A DNA stretch of 64,000 nucleotides from Nageia nagi (lineage: Eukaryota; Plantae; Pinophyta): contig JBITNC010000001.1 of NCBI GenBank assembly GCA_050084985.1, positions 63,674,001 to 63,738,000 on the forward strand, written 5' to 3'. Shown here piece by piece: positions 13,331 through 27,315 of this stretch (position 1 is the first letter of the stretch; every line of letters begins with the position of its first letter). The translations under genes were made by a program, and so were the position numbers. Under the pieces are notes generated by a model. The model was not told the origin of the DNA and did no database searches. It saw only the letters and a list, made by a program, of their open reading frames with translations.

Positions 13331-14992
13331 TGATATATTACTAAGTTCTATAAATTTAGCTTAGTTAAGTTTATTACAATAATGGTGATATAATATCAAC
13401 CTATGCATAACAAAAGTGATGAATAAAAAATATCTACATATGCATAAAAATGGTGATATACAAAATATTCATCTTTTCAGAATTAATAATGGAGGGAGTT
13501 TTACATAACTTCTCATTTCAAACAATGATATCAAAACTATGCACAAAATATCAAATTTGTAGAAGGTTTTCATGAATTTTCACTTCCATTAAAGGATATG
13601 TAAAGTGTGCATGATAAAAAAGATATCAACAAGTGCACAATCAATAATTGTAAAAAGATATCCACTTAAACCAATGTACAAATCTACATCACAATCCCTT
13701 TAGATAAAAAAATGCAACTTAAGCATTTTGGAATAAACTTGCCATTAACTAAACATTCATATGCATACATCTAAAATCCACAAATTGGAGCTTTAGATAA
13801 AGTCATAAATTCGCATTAAAAAAATAACCATTATTTACACAAAATATTAGCATAATATTGTTTTTCCAAATGCTTACAAAAAATCAATCATCCTAAGATT
13901 AGTTTTTTAAAAATGCAAAAGTCATCTTAATAAGGTTAAACTTGCAAAAAAAAAAGGCAATTGACCAATCATAAACATTTATGGTATGGTAAACAAATTA
14001 TTGATTTGTTAATCAATTTTTAATTGTAAACCACTCATGCAAATTGTAAGTCAATGTTGCAAATTGTAAATTATGTTAATTGTAAGTCATATTTGCAAGT
14101 TATAAATCAATTTGCAAATTGTAGGTTTGTAAGTTATCGATTGTAATGTTTGTGCATCTTATTCTTCCATTGATTAGTAATTATTAACCAAATTTTGTAA
14201 GTTTAGAGAAATCTACACTACTTTTGTTGGTTAGTAATTGTAGACTAAATTGTAGGTTAGTGCACTTTTATTTAATGTTGTAATGAATTTGAACACTTTG
14301 TCATTGATTTAATAACTTGAATACTAAGAAAATCAACCACAAAAAAATTTGGTATTTTTCCTTATAGTTAGTTGTTAGTTACAAAAAAATGCTTAAAAGC
14401 TTACTTTTGATAGACATTACATCATGATCTTGTTCAAGAGCTCAGAAAATTAATCAAAAAGACTTGCATAATGCTTTCTCAATAGTATTATCAAGAACTT
14501 TTATTTTTCTCAAGAAGGCACAAATCGATCAAATTTTTATCTTGCAAAAGAAAAAATCTCTTTTTTAAACTTTTGCTCATTTATCGATCTTCTTGCATCT
14601 TTTCCATCTTGATTCTTTTCCTTTCAAGAGACCTTAAATCTTGCAAAAAGATATTATACATATCCTATTTTCCTTTGAAGATAAGGTTAAATCTAAAAAT
14701 AAACCAAGAGTTAGAAAAAGAAAGCAAAAAAAAGATAATGTTAGGATAAGCAAGAGTAAGAAAAAAAAACTCCTTAGAAGAAAATATAATTTTACTCTAA
14801 AAAGTTCTTTTTCTTTAAAATAAATACTTGATTGAAAAAAAAAAGACATCAACTTTGTGCCTAAAAAGGTCCTCACATAAAGCATTTTGGCTTTTATTAT
14901 TTGTATGAATAGTCATTTAGAAATAAAAAATCCCATATGCACTTGACAAAGGGTAAGTGACATGTTTATATAAGTTATCACATTTGATTTAA

Positions 14993-15559
14993 GGTGTAGC
15001 TTGACTCCTTAAGGCTTATGAAGAACATAAATGGTGGGTCAAAATAAGTGGAACCTGCAATAAGCGATGGGTTACAATAAGTGGAACCCGTAAAAAATAA
15101 TTTATGGCCAAAAAAACATTATTATTTTAAACAAACAAAACTTCATCACCCCCCACCCCCCATTTTTTTAAACTCCTCCAAAAAAAATGATTCTAAAGAG
15201 AATAATTCCTCCAAAATATTAACTCCCCCTTCTTCTTCTTTTTTAAAAACAACTCCTTTTTTCAATATCTCCATTGTTTAAATAAAAGAGTGGGGAAGAG
15301 AAAGAACTCCCCCATAATTCATTTATTCCCCTTTTAATTTTTTTAAATATTATTAATGTAGTTATTATATAAAAAATAACAATATATTTATTGAATTGAT
15401 TTGTTATTTGTTTATATATAATTTCAAAAATAATATAAATAAATAATAAAAAAAGGTTGTATTTTTTTAAAAAAAGGTCAAAAATACATATAAGATATTC
15501 AACCCAGGAATAATGCAATAAGTCACGCGCTAGCGAAGAGGGCCCCATATTGCTACACC
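14993..15559. mobile_element. Candidate MITE-like element with short TIR GGTGTAGC and TTAA (or TA) target site
   Basis: TTAA|GGTGTAGC at 14989-15000 and GCTACACC|TTAA at 15552-15563. The interior keeps some CpGs. The TIR is short, so chance is not excluded. Confidence 0.3.
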
Positions 15560-18500
15560 TTAACTTCTTGGGCCCATGTGGAGTGCCAGATCAACTATTT
15601 AAAATTTTATTTTATGCCAACTTGGAGTGCATCTGGCATGGAGCCTTCTAATTTTCTTTCACGACTAGTCAAATTCTTTTCACCATATGTTTAATCCCCA
15701 TTCATCTAATATATCAGCTATGTGGTCATTTGAAGGCCTAACAAACTATTGGGTAGTCCCACCACCTAAGTATGTGTGATAGTTACCCATCACATGTTCA
15801 TGGGATGCATGGTTGGTGGGAACTTCACCACTCTACAAGTCCATTACTGCCTCTTAAATTTGCATCATCTTCCTTATATGAATCATGCATTAAAGAATAA
15901 TATGCATCCTTCCACCATTTAATCTCTTGCATGGCACACAAATTGAGCACACTCTGAACTACATTCAACTTTTTTTCCATATTCCCTATTAGTTCCACTC
16001 CATCTCCTCTTGCTATTTTGGTCTTTCTAATGGTCATTGGAATTAGTATTAGTTCACCTTGGCTCCAATCATGGTGATGCCTCTAGCACTTTTGCATCAG
16101 CTTCTATACTTTGGCATCGAACTTCAACTTAGCTTTAGAACTTCAACTCAACTTCAACCCTCCATCACTACCCAAGTGAGGTTAAACCTCACTAAGGATA
16201 CCTTCTTTGTAATATCCATATTTACTTGTAATTATAAATTAGAATTTCTATTTTGGGTATCTCCTTCATTCTTCTAAAATTGGGTGTCTCCTTCATGCTT
16301 TTAAATTGTACTTAGGTGTATACTTCTTTCTTGTAAGGTGTCTACTTCTTTCTTGTAAGGTATATTGTATGTTGTTTCTTTCATAAGTTAGAATTTTGAA
16401 GAGTTTATTTTTAACTTTCTTTCATGCAACTTGTAAGTAATTCTAGACCTTGTGTATTCTCCATATCTTACATACATATATTTTAAGGCATTCACAAGTA
16501 CAATATTCAAGGTGGAGTATTTATCTTATGGGAAGAGAGTGTAAGATATGCTCAACAAATAATTTGTATGCAACCAAGACTTGTGATGTTGTTTAAAGAG
16601 ATAAACACATACAAGTGTAGTTATAGATATTTTGTTTGGAAATTCAATCAAAAATTAATGTTAATTAGTATGGTCTCACATCCTTGGTAACCAATCAACA
16701 TTAAATAATGATCACAAGATCTTGGTAGTGGGTATAAATGAGAGAGAAAGGGATAACCTTAATCTGATAAAAGCATACTTGCCTGCAAGGTGTTCCTCAC
16801 CCCTTTCTACACCTCCACATGTTGTATACATGCCTATAGGGCACTCACAACATCAAAATTAGATATAAATATACTTTTTAAGAGTTTTTTTTGCATTTTT
16901 TTTACCATTCCATCGATTTTTGCATATCTCCAATAAATTCAAATAATTATTACCATATTTGAATTCATTTGGAATGTTATTTTTTGAAAAATTGTTCTAT
17001 AGTTGAGTGTAGCAAGATAAGAATGTTTAAGTAATTTTGAGTGCATTTAATCTTTTGTTAAAAAAAACTATTATACCATAATTTTTGATAAATTATCTAG
17101 TTGTTATTATATACTGTTAGTTAATTATTGCATGCATGGTTCCATGAATTGTACATTAACTCAACATTTATGTAGTCACATGCTTATAGTGTTTCTCATA
17201 TAGGTAACTGTATGGACCTAATATTAAGTGTTATATCACTTTGTTTTTTCCATAATACAAATTGGACCATCTATAAACTAATCATTCTCTTATAACACTT
17301 TGTTGACCCATTGGACAAGCATATTTATAGGCACTTTATCATATTACTTTCATTGAAATGGAGTCACCTTAGAGTGTGATTTTGTGTATAATAGATAGAT
17401 ACATTCAACTTGTATGTAGGTTGTCTAGCATATTTCCATTGGCTTCGGGTAAGTATGTCTTTCATAATTATAGTAATTAATTGAATACCCTTTAACATTG
17501 GTTTGAAAATATACATGTCTATGTAGAATTTTGGGATTATATTTGTGTAACATGATCATTTGTCTTTTATCTACACATATTTTTATGTTTGTCTTTACAT
17601 GTTCCCATTCTCTTTTATATGTAGCAATTTGTATCCATAATATTTTCTTATTCCTTACTAGATATAATATCATTATCCTCCAAATTGTACAGGGTCCTAT
17701 TAATCACACAACTTCTTTGGTCTCTATATAATATCATTCTATGTGAGCTTATAACACTAAATTTGTTTTAACTACATTTACACTTTCAATCTTATTAACA
17801 TAATTAGGAAAATTCGTGACCCCATATTTAATACCTCGCATGATTTATAGACAATAATGGAGACTAATTTCATCAGAATAACTCATATTATACCTTAACT
17901 TAATAAACTATGTTGTCATACAATCTTGAAAATAATAGACTAGAAATACTAACACATTTTAAAAGAAACTAACTACTATATAGTAACAACATGTTGGCCT
18001 TGCTTTGATATGCTTAACATAAGTTATAAGTTATAGAATGGCATAACACCTCCTTCAATAAAAATTGCCTCCATTATCACATACAAATGTATACAATATT
18101 TTACCTATTACACTCATTTAGCAAATGTTATGTGTCTAATCTCTTAGGGCTTGTTCATATATACGAGTCTAATATGGATGCTATTAAACATTATTTAAAT
18201 GCACCAAAAAACATAATCAAATAATATAAACCCTATAAAATTTAAAAACATGATTTATTATATGTTGATCTCTATATGGTCCTTGTGAAGCTATTCCTTT
18301 GGTGCATGTATTTGCATTATGCATGACCTAACTTGAATTTTGGAAATGAAGGCCTCTCATGAGTTAAAGGGTGAAGACAGAGAAATTCTCTACAAGTGAT
18401 ATTATCATTGAATTGATTTTTATGAGCTCTTTAGAAGATGGGATCTTTTAAAGGATATGGATAATTTATTTAAATTTTATATGCATCTTGTTACAATACA

Positions 18501-19330
18501 TTGTTCATGATTCAATTTTTATTACAATTCATTGGAAATATTTATTTTCATCGCATCATTGTACCAGGATTGATTGTAGTATTAACCCCATGCCAACTCA
18601 AAAAAATTTCAATGGTCAAAGAATAAGTTCCACATAAGTTTTTCTTTCAGCACTTAAACCAATATAAAAAATGAATAATTAAAAATTTCAACAATCTATC
18701 ATGGTCTTACACATCAGCATCTATTATCTCAACCCTAAAGATTATTTAATTACATATGGGCTTATTTTTTGATAACTGTATTCATATGGATATGTTCATT
18801 GGATATATTCAATTACATATTGGATCATTAGATATATGTATTAAATATTTGTAACATGTAATCATATTCAATTGCATAATATGCATTGGATATTTGAGTC
18901 AATGGATCATTGGATCGTAGGAGTCTTTACTTATTTGATAATTGGTTTGGATCATTAGATCATCATTGTATTTGTTTGCTATTATTTCATAGCATACATC
19001 ATTTTCATTTGTAATACAATCATTATAAATATTGTAATGACTATTTTCATGGCTATATAAAAGATTATAGTGTAACATAATCATTTGTAATACATAATTA
19101 CTTAAAGAACACTTAATAAGATTTTGGATGGACATAGACATCAATTGTATCATATAATCATATTATTTTCATGGATACAAAAAAGATACATTGATACTAA
19201 GCATTATACTCATAATGATGTTGCAAAATGAACATTATCTCTTATAGCCTATGATATCTACTTGTATATATAAACTCCATGACTTCAAAATTAGGGGTTT
19301 TTATGATTCCCAACCTCAATCATATAATCA

Positions 19331-19760
19331 ATTTAGTGTTGGGAAAATTTCCAACTTAGTATTGGGAAAAATTTCAATTTAGTATTGGCAAAATTTCCAA
19401 TCTAGTATTGGAAACATTTTCAGTTTAGTATTGGCAAAATTTCCAATTTAGTATTGGCAAAATTTTCAATTTAGTATAGGCAAAATTTCCAATTTAGTAT
19501 TGGCAAAATATCTAATTTAGTATTGGAAAAATTTCCAATTTAGTATTGGAAAAATTTAAATTTACTATTATCAAAATTTAAATTTAGTATTGGCAAAATT
19601 TTCAATTTAGTATTGTAAATGTTCAAAATTCAAAAAGGCAAAATTTTCAATTTAGTATTGTAAATTTTCCAAGTTTCAAAAAAAAAAAATTCCAATCTAG
19701 TATTAGTAAAATTTCCAATTTAGTATTGTAAACTTGAAAATTTTCAATTTTAAAAGAAAA
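19331..19760. repeat. 23-bp minisatellite (AATTTAGTATTGGCAAAATTTCC), left part
   Basis: About 12 regular units followed by degenerate, longer variants. Confidence 0.95.
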
Positions 19761-19774
19761 CTATTCAAATTTCT

Positions 19775-22700
19775 TTTTGGATGAAAAGACTTTAAATTAA
19801 GAAGAGACTAATCATACAAAAAGGAGTGGGTGGGATTAGCACACCTTGAAAATCACACTAATTGAACAATTAGGGAAAAAATGAAACTAAAAAATTCCAA
19901 GCACAAAAATGGTCTACATAAACTCCTTACAGAGTGCTACAAACATCAACTAATAAGCTAGTCAATTTTAGGCTCATCGAGAGGATGAAAATTATCTGTC
20001 TGACCTAGGTTAGCCCAACCATGATTAGTGTTATCATCATTTCTCTAGCCATCATTCTCCCCTAGCTAACCAAGGAGCTAAGGATTTGGCACATCTCCTA
20101 CTATGGGCTACAAGAGAGGATCATCACCCCATTCAATCCTTAAAGGAGAAACACTTAGTTGCACATCCCAATGTGACTACACATGAGAGGAGGAAGGAGA
20201 AGTAGAGCAGATTCTCTTTGGGTTTGAATGTGGTTGCAACCAATGTTGAATAGGTGATGAAGGAGGCTAGCAAGGAGGGGAACCCCAACTCTAAGGTCAA
20301 TTTTATCCACCCTAAACACCCCATTGTTGAGTTTGTTGATGTTGAGGAGGCCAATTTGGAGCTAACCAAATTATGGTATAGGGAGAATTGGCCTAGTAGT
20401 TTAGCATATTCCATAAGTGTTGAACCTTAAAATTTACTTTCTCCACTTGGTTAATAATCTACAACCATGTATCATAGAATATGGCATATTTATCATAAAG
20501 GAAAAAGGAAACAAAAACCTCCTCTCTACCAAAAATAATGTTATTTTTGCTCTTCTGTAAGTAAAATAAAATACTAACATGGAAGATGTGCCACACTTCA
20601 AGTAAGAATTCTAAAAATTATAGAAGATCACCCAAGATAGCATGAACCCAAGAACAAGGCATAGCAAGGAATTGATTAAAATAAGAGAAAATCCAATCCC
20701 AAACAACTTTAGGTTTTGAATAACACTAGAAATCATGGAAGAAATATTCAAGAAAATTACAAAAAATACAAGTAGGATTAGGGAACCCCAAGTAAACTCT
20801 ATAAAAACCAATAGGTAAACCTTAGTGTAACAAACTCCAAGCAAAAAACTATGCTTAGGTTCAATATAAGATTTCCAAAAAATAGTGAAACGTAGCTTCC
20901 ATATTGACTAAGATGAAAGAAGATCCCATCTATTATTTAAAACCTCAACCATGGGAACATGTGGTGAAAGCCAATAATGAAGCAAGTTAGGTTTATACTT
21001 GAGCAAATGAACATTGTTAGGCTAGAACCAGTCTACCCACTAAGAAGGTTGAAATACCATGCCCATTTGGACCCAAATCAAGAAATAGGTTTTATCAATT
21101 AAAAACTCAAAAGTTGACATATCAGCAAGTAAGAGCCCATGCAAGCTTTTGAACTTATCCCAAGTATACCAGATCTTGGTATGAACATCATAAAGATCCT
21201 AAAAAGATTCAATTCCATTTTCATGAAATCTTAAAGCATGAATCCATCACATTTGCACTAAAAGTGTACCATCATAAGTAACGATCGTGCACCACCACAA
21301 ACTAAGTGAGGAACAAGAAGCTCCTAAGCCTTAGCCATTTCCTTTCTAGTAGAAATAAGGCTTCAAGGCTTCTCAACTCTTCCATATGCTTTTTATAACA
21401 AAAGAGCCAGATATCTTGAACTGAATAGTGGTAATGAAAATAGTCTACAAATTTAATCCTTTTCATGCCCTTCTACCCAAGGGGAGGCCTGTAGAAAGGC
21501 AATACTTGATAAGAATTTTCCATGCCTCATTACCTTGTAAGGCTAACAAAATCTACTTAGCACATAAGGAAAAACCTTGATGGTTATAATTGAAATGCCC
21601 CATGCCTCCATCTATCCTAGGGATACAACAAATGTCCTAAGAAACTCTATGGAATCCTTTTTTATTTTTATTTGAATCCCAAATAAAATATCTCAAAATT
21701 ATTTCAAGCTTTTGATAGAAATTATTTGAAGGAACCTAGCAATATGAATAGGAAATATGACTCAAAGCTAACACCTTGGAGCAAATCTAAAACTTCCCTT
21801 CTAAAGAAAGTTTCTTAGTGGACCAATACTCCAACTTTTTCTCCATTTTTTGCACAACATTACTACATAGTTGAGTAGGGGAGGATTGAAAGGCAAATGG
21901 AATCCCAAGAAACTTAAAGGTCTCATCCAGTTGGATCCACATATAGGGATAATAAGATGGCCAAGCAAGGGTGTCCTTAGGAGACTATATATAGCAAGAA
22001 GTCTTTTGCCATTGAATACTAAAACTCAAGCCTAAACAAAAGGTATGCAAGCATTGCAAGGTAGTAGAAATATATTGCTTATCTTCTTAAAGGGTGAGGA
22101 AAGAATTATCAACAAAATGACCATTAATGAGTTGATTCTAGGAATTAGGGAGAGAGATACCCTTAATACAGCCTTGAGAAGCATGATGGGCTAAAAAATA
22201 ATTGAAAGCTTCAATTACCAACATAAAAAGAGAAGGGCCAAAGGATACCCCTAGAATATAGAATGGGCTAGAGTGATAGCTTGATATTGAGACCCATTCA
22301 TGCTAAGAATAACATAAGCATCCTATAAAGGCATTTGAATAGAGTGAAGAAATAAAGGACCAAACCCAAGATCCTTCAACATGGCAAGAATGAAATTCCT
22401 CTCATTCTTATCATAAGATTTTTTAAAATTGATTTTAATGAATAAGGCCTCTTGATCAAACTTTTGAGCCCATTCCATACCTTCCCAAACTACAATAACA
22501 TTTTCCAAGATATACCTACCTTTAACAAATCATATTTGCTCCAATCGAGTAATAAGAGGAAGAATTAGTCAAAGCTTGAGAGCAATGGCTTTAGCAATGA
22601 TCTTGTAGCTGACATTTAGTAAGGTGATTGGCCTCCAGTTGGTAATCACTTTAGGATCTCTAGCTTTGGGTATAAACTTAATATTTCCTTTGTTAATGAT

Positions 22701-25524
22701 TACTCCCAAAGATCCCAACAAAATGGCTTCTTTGTACACATGAAGAATTTTAGGCCCAACCATGTCCCAGAAGTTCTTGTAAAATTCATAAGGGAATCCA
22801 CCAATACTAGGGGCTTTATATTTGGCCATTTGAGCTAAATAAGACTTAAGATACTCAAGGGTGAGAGGAGATTCATAACATTCTCTTTGAGCATGGGAGA
22901 TATTGATAGGTATGAAACTACATCACTCATTCGTAGCCTACTGGAGAGCATCACTAAATATTTGAGAGACAAAAATACCTTAAGAGTGATAACAAAGGCT
23001 TCAACAATATCAAGAAAGTGATTCAATATATCATCATTTACTTTTAGGGTTTTAAATTGAGTGGAATGAATGGGGGGCCTGAGTCTTTTGAAAAACTCCT
23101 TGGTGACTCTATCACCAACTTTGAGCCACTTGAGCCTAGATTTGAGCTAAGCCCCTTTGGATTCATAAAGATCATATTTCCTTATATCATGATGAAGAGA
23201 AGCAATTTGAGCTTGAATAAAGGGATTCTTCTCCAAAACTTTAGAAGTTATAATAAGCTCAATTCTTAAAGCTAAATTGCACTTCTGGCATCGCTTACCA
23301 AAATCAACTCCAAGAGTTCAAAAAACATTTGTAGTTCTAGATATGGCATAGTTCCACTAATGAATCCAGCCTCTTTCTCCACATGAATGAGGGATTAAGT
23401 TCTATATATGGTAAATATAGGATTGTATGGACTTAAAATCATGAAAAAAAGTGTTCACCATTGGGACTTAAAGATACAAGTAGGGAGCTAAGAATGGTGA
23501 ATGCTAAAGAAAATAGGAGCATGATCAAATAGAGTAGTACTAAGAATAATAGAAATAAAGGGAAGAGTTGGATTATGATAGTAAAAATGAAAGCAATCAC
23601 TTTTAGAGAGCATAGCTCTATCCAACCTTTTAATTACCCTCAAGTCACCACTCTACAAATTAGACCAAGTAAACCATTATGCATCAAGAAAATTATTGTA
23701 GGTAAAGCAAGAGTTGGGGTCATATAAATTGAGCTTATTTTTAAAGAAAAATAAGGCTTCTCTTTCCCCTAAACACCATTGCATGGGGTTAAGGCCTTCC
23801 TTATTACTAGGTTTTTCTACCATATTGAAGTCTCCACATACCATCCAAGTAGTAAAGGGCAAGGAGAGGGAAAACCAATTCCACAAGGATGTCCACTCAT
23901 GAGCATTATTTGAAGCATAAATATTAGCAATACTAAAATAATTTCCAAACATCTCAATCAAAACCTAGATAGCTTGGTTGGAGGGGTCCACACCCCATGA
24001 AACAACATTAGATTATCAATTTAGGGAAATAAAAATGATAGCACCCCCAAAGCTAGCCTCATGATTAGTAGATTAGGAATGGCAACTTGCCCAGAGAAAC
24101 TTACAAATACACTAAAGTAAAAACTCTAAAATCTTAACTTCTTGCAAACAAATAAAGTCCACTTTACCAACAAAGAGACTATCATCAATCTCAGTACGGA
24201 CCATATATTTACAGATGGGTTCGTTAATCCCCTTATGTTCCAAGAAAGATAATTCATTGATACATGTTAGGTTTTTGAACTTCCATGATATTATTACTAC
24301 TCCCCATAGCATGCAATATAGAAAAAGCATTACCTTGATGCATAGCATCCACTTGATAATGTTTTTAAATAGGTGCCTTAGTACCACCTCAATAGGGGAT
24401 CTGAGATCCCCTAGTACATGTTCTAGAGGAAACCTCTCCTAGCCATGCAAAAGGTGGTATAAAAGTAATAGAAAAATATGAAAGGCTAGACCACATAGAA
24501 ATTTTGGGGACACCCAAATCAGGTTCAACTTGAGTCAATTGAGGAATAGAGGGACCTTGCGATTTTGCATGCACACTTTGAGTAATGGGATGCATTTGAC
24601 AAGGAAAATTCTAGGGTCATGATTGAGCTACAAGAATACATAGGTTCAACATGGACCCATGAGAAGAATTGTTATAATTATGATAGTTGGTGATAGGGTT
24701 CCATTCATTTTTCCCAATAATAGAAGTTAGTGCAGGGGCATTCATCATGGGAGTAGTCAATAGGGTTAGGTATTTGAATTTTCTCTCCATAAGAGGGCAT
24801 TCCCTAATCTTATAGTGAAGCAATTGGCACTAAAAATAGGTATCAAGGAGACCAATGTATTGAAAATTCTAGAAAATTATCTCATTCTCAATGATAATCT
24901 CAACTTCATCTGGCCTATCTTTAGTGAGGTCGAGCTTAACACAGACCCATCGAGTAGGTCAAGCCATAAAAAAACTTTCAGGTTCAAAGTAAACAAAAGA
25001 ACCTACTTGCTTAGCATAAGCTCTCAAAAACCTCTAGAGGGTATAAGGTAAGTTTAGAAATTCAATCTAGACTAGGAATTTCAGGGAGGAACTATGTTCC
25101 ATGAAAAAGGAGTTGGAGTATGGCTGCAACAAAAGGAGGGATGATCAAACCATCTAAGGTCCTTTGGATAAGATTTTCTTAACTTGCATGGGATCAAAAA
25201 AATGAAATAAAAAATACCCTTTTATCAAGTTCTATACATTTGAAACTTTAAACTCATAGGGTCCCCAAACCTGGGAAACCCATTGATGTAGGATAGGATC
25301 ACTAGGAATCCTACCAAGAAAATAACCAACTAGGTGGTGCATTATAAACCATTCACAAGACTTTTTAAAATCTTGAATAGAAATGTAAACTTTGGGGACA
25401 TGGGAATCACCTCACTCTCCACCTTCAGTAGGAACTTCCATGGCTTCTTCCTAGGCATCATCTTGCATGGTAGTCAATTCATTATAAGGTAAATCGAGGG
25501 AATGAGTTTCCCAAATTTTTTATA
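19775..25524 (-). mobile_element. Near-full-length decayed L1-clade LINE (ORF1 DUF4283/zinc knuckle; ORF2 endonuclease-RT-zf-RVT)
   Basis: ORF1-like FFISFFDPMQVKKILSKGP and IRECP. Endonuclease DFICLQEVK, NIYASN and WMVCGDFNMVE. RT APSIGGFPYEFYKNFW, NWRPITLLNVSYKIIAK and FIKINFKKSYD. zf-RVT TCIFC near 20770. Short poly(T) at 19774-19778. TSD T(A/G)TTCAAATTTCT at 19762-19774 and 25525-25537. Confidence 0.93.
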
Positions 25525-26040
25525 TGTTCAAATTTCTAAAAGCCAAAATTTACAATTAGGTATTGTAAATTTTCTAAACTTCAAAATGAAAAATTTCCAA
25601 TTTTGTATTGGCAAAATTTCTAATTTAGTATTGGAAAAATTTCTATTTTAGTATTGAAAATTTTTGAAGTTTTAAAATTTCCAATTTAGTATTGGAAAAA
25701 TTTCCAATTTAGTATTGGCAAAATTTTCAATTTAGTATTGTAAATTTTCCAAATTTCAAATTAAAAAGTTTCCAATTTAGTATTGTAAACTTGCAAATTT
25801 TCAAAAGATGTTCAATTTCAAAATGGCAAAATTTCAAATTTAGTATTGTATATTTTCCAAATGAAAAATGAAAATTTTTCAATTAAGAATTGGTAAAATT
25901 TCCAATTTAGTATTGTAGATTTTCAATTTCAAAGAGCAAAACTTTTCAATTTAGTATTATACATAATTTCAAATTTTTCAATGTTCAAAGTTTAAATTTC
26001 TAGTTTCATTTGAAAGTTTCAAATTTCATAAAGTTCAAAG
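25525..26040. repeat. 23-bp minisatellite, right part (resumes after the LINE)
   Basis: Same unit and orientation as 19331-19760. Confidence 0.92.
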
Positions 26041-26067
26041 TTCAAAATTTTTTCTAACTAATATCCA

Positions 26068-27315
26068 TGTATCTACACTTGTTGAACTAAGTCTTTTGTT
26101 CAAAAGACCTAGTCCAATAGGGGCAAAATATAGACATTGAAAAATATACTTTTTTAGTAGATGTATTTTATAGCATTAACATGTTGAAATGCATTATTAA
26201 TTTAATCCTCATGCTTATGGAGCAAAATTAAACTATTCAAAAAGTCAAATTAGAGCCAAAAAGTGACTTTAATTTAAAAAAAGTGCAAAAGTGGGTATCT
26301 AGCATTTCTCAATTAAGTTGCAAAAGGGGTATATAACTCAATCTCAAAATATAAAATCCACCTAATTCATTTTTGTACTCATAATTCATTTGCACTCCTA
26401 GTTTTGATATTTCTCTCATATGATTTTGTGCTCCTAATTTTCTCTCAAGTGATCAAGCTAGGGTTTAAAGATAAGTTTGAAGATTCCAAGGGTTTACTCC
26501 CCAAATCATCCATCAAACTTAATCAAGATACCTCTAATGGAGGATAGATAATATTTCTATGGTGATTTCATGGTTGAATTGAATTATTATTGCATATATT
26601 TGGTGTATTCAAGGTTTTTTAGGAATTTGAAGAGATCAAAATCATGGAAGAGCTTTGGAAGACCTACCTTTGTATCCTCCACTAAATTTGTGGGCATGTA
26701 ATATTTTTTAGGTTAAAATCATATTAGTTTACATTTTGAAAATTCAAATCATAATTTGAATTCATAATACCATAAATACATGTTATAAGAATCCATTGGA
26801 TCTTATGGGTATCCTTGGATCAACCTGATCCAAGTATCTATAAAGATCTTTTTTATTTCAAAGCATTTGAAGGTTTTTTAAAGTTTTGTGCATTAGGTCT
26901 CATTTTTAACCATATAAAAGTGTAAATATCATATCAATAGCTCAAATACACTATAGAAATTATTTAAAGATCATATAGACACACTCATTTGTACCATAAG
27001 CATTTCAATTTTGTTTGTTCTCATTGATTTGAGGGCTTACGAACTCACATGCTTCTTTGGAGTGAGGAAACTCACTCCAAACTCACCTAGGTTCCTTAAA
27101 GAGCCTATGCTAGGAGGATTCCCTACCCATTTAGATGCATTTAGGGTTTATTTTCATCTTTGAAAATTTTTAGTTTAATATTTTGAAATTTAAATCTATC
27201 TTTACATAAGTTTATGGTGAGTGCACACCTAGTAAAGCATTATTATGTATGTATGAATTTGTGTTTGATTTTGATTATTTTAAGCTTGTTGAGGCACAAC
27301 CTACAAATTTACACA
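26068..27315 (+). mobile_element. Possible solo LTR or LTR fragment
   Basis: Non-coding block with LTR-like composition, ending ..AATTTACACA and containing a perfect hairpin at 27056-27081. No TSD found. Confidence 0.25.

Noticed and set aside
14634-15548. Lys-rich and Phe/Leu/Ile-rich short ORFs
   Set aside because: They arise from A/T homopolymer runs and have no domain.
19331-19760. CRISPR-like look of the regular 23-bp repeats
   Set aside because: Units are contiguous with no unique spacers, there are no cas genes, and the context is eukaryotic.
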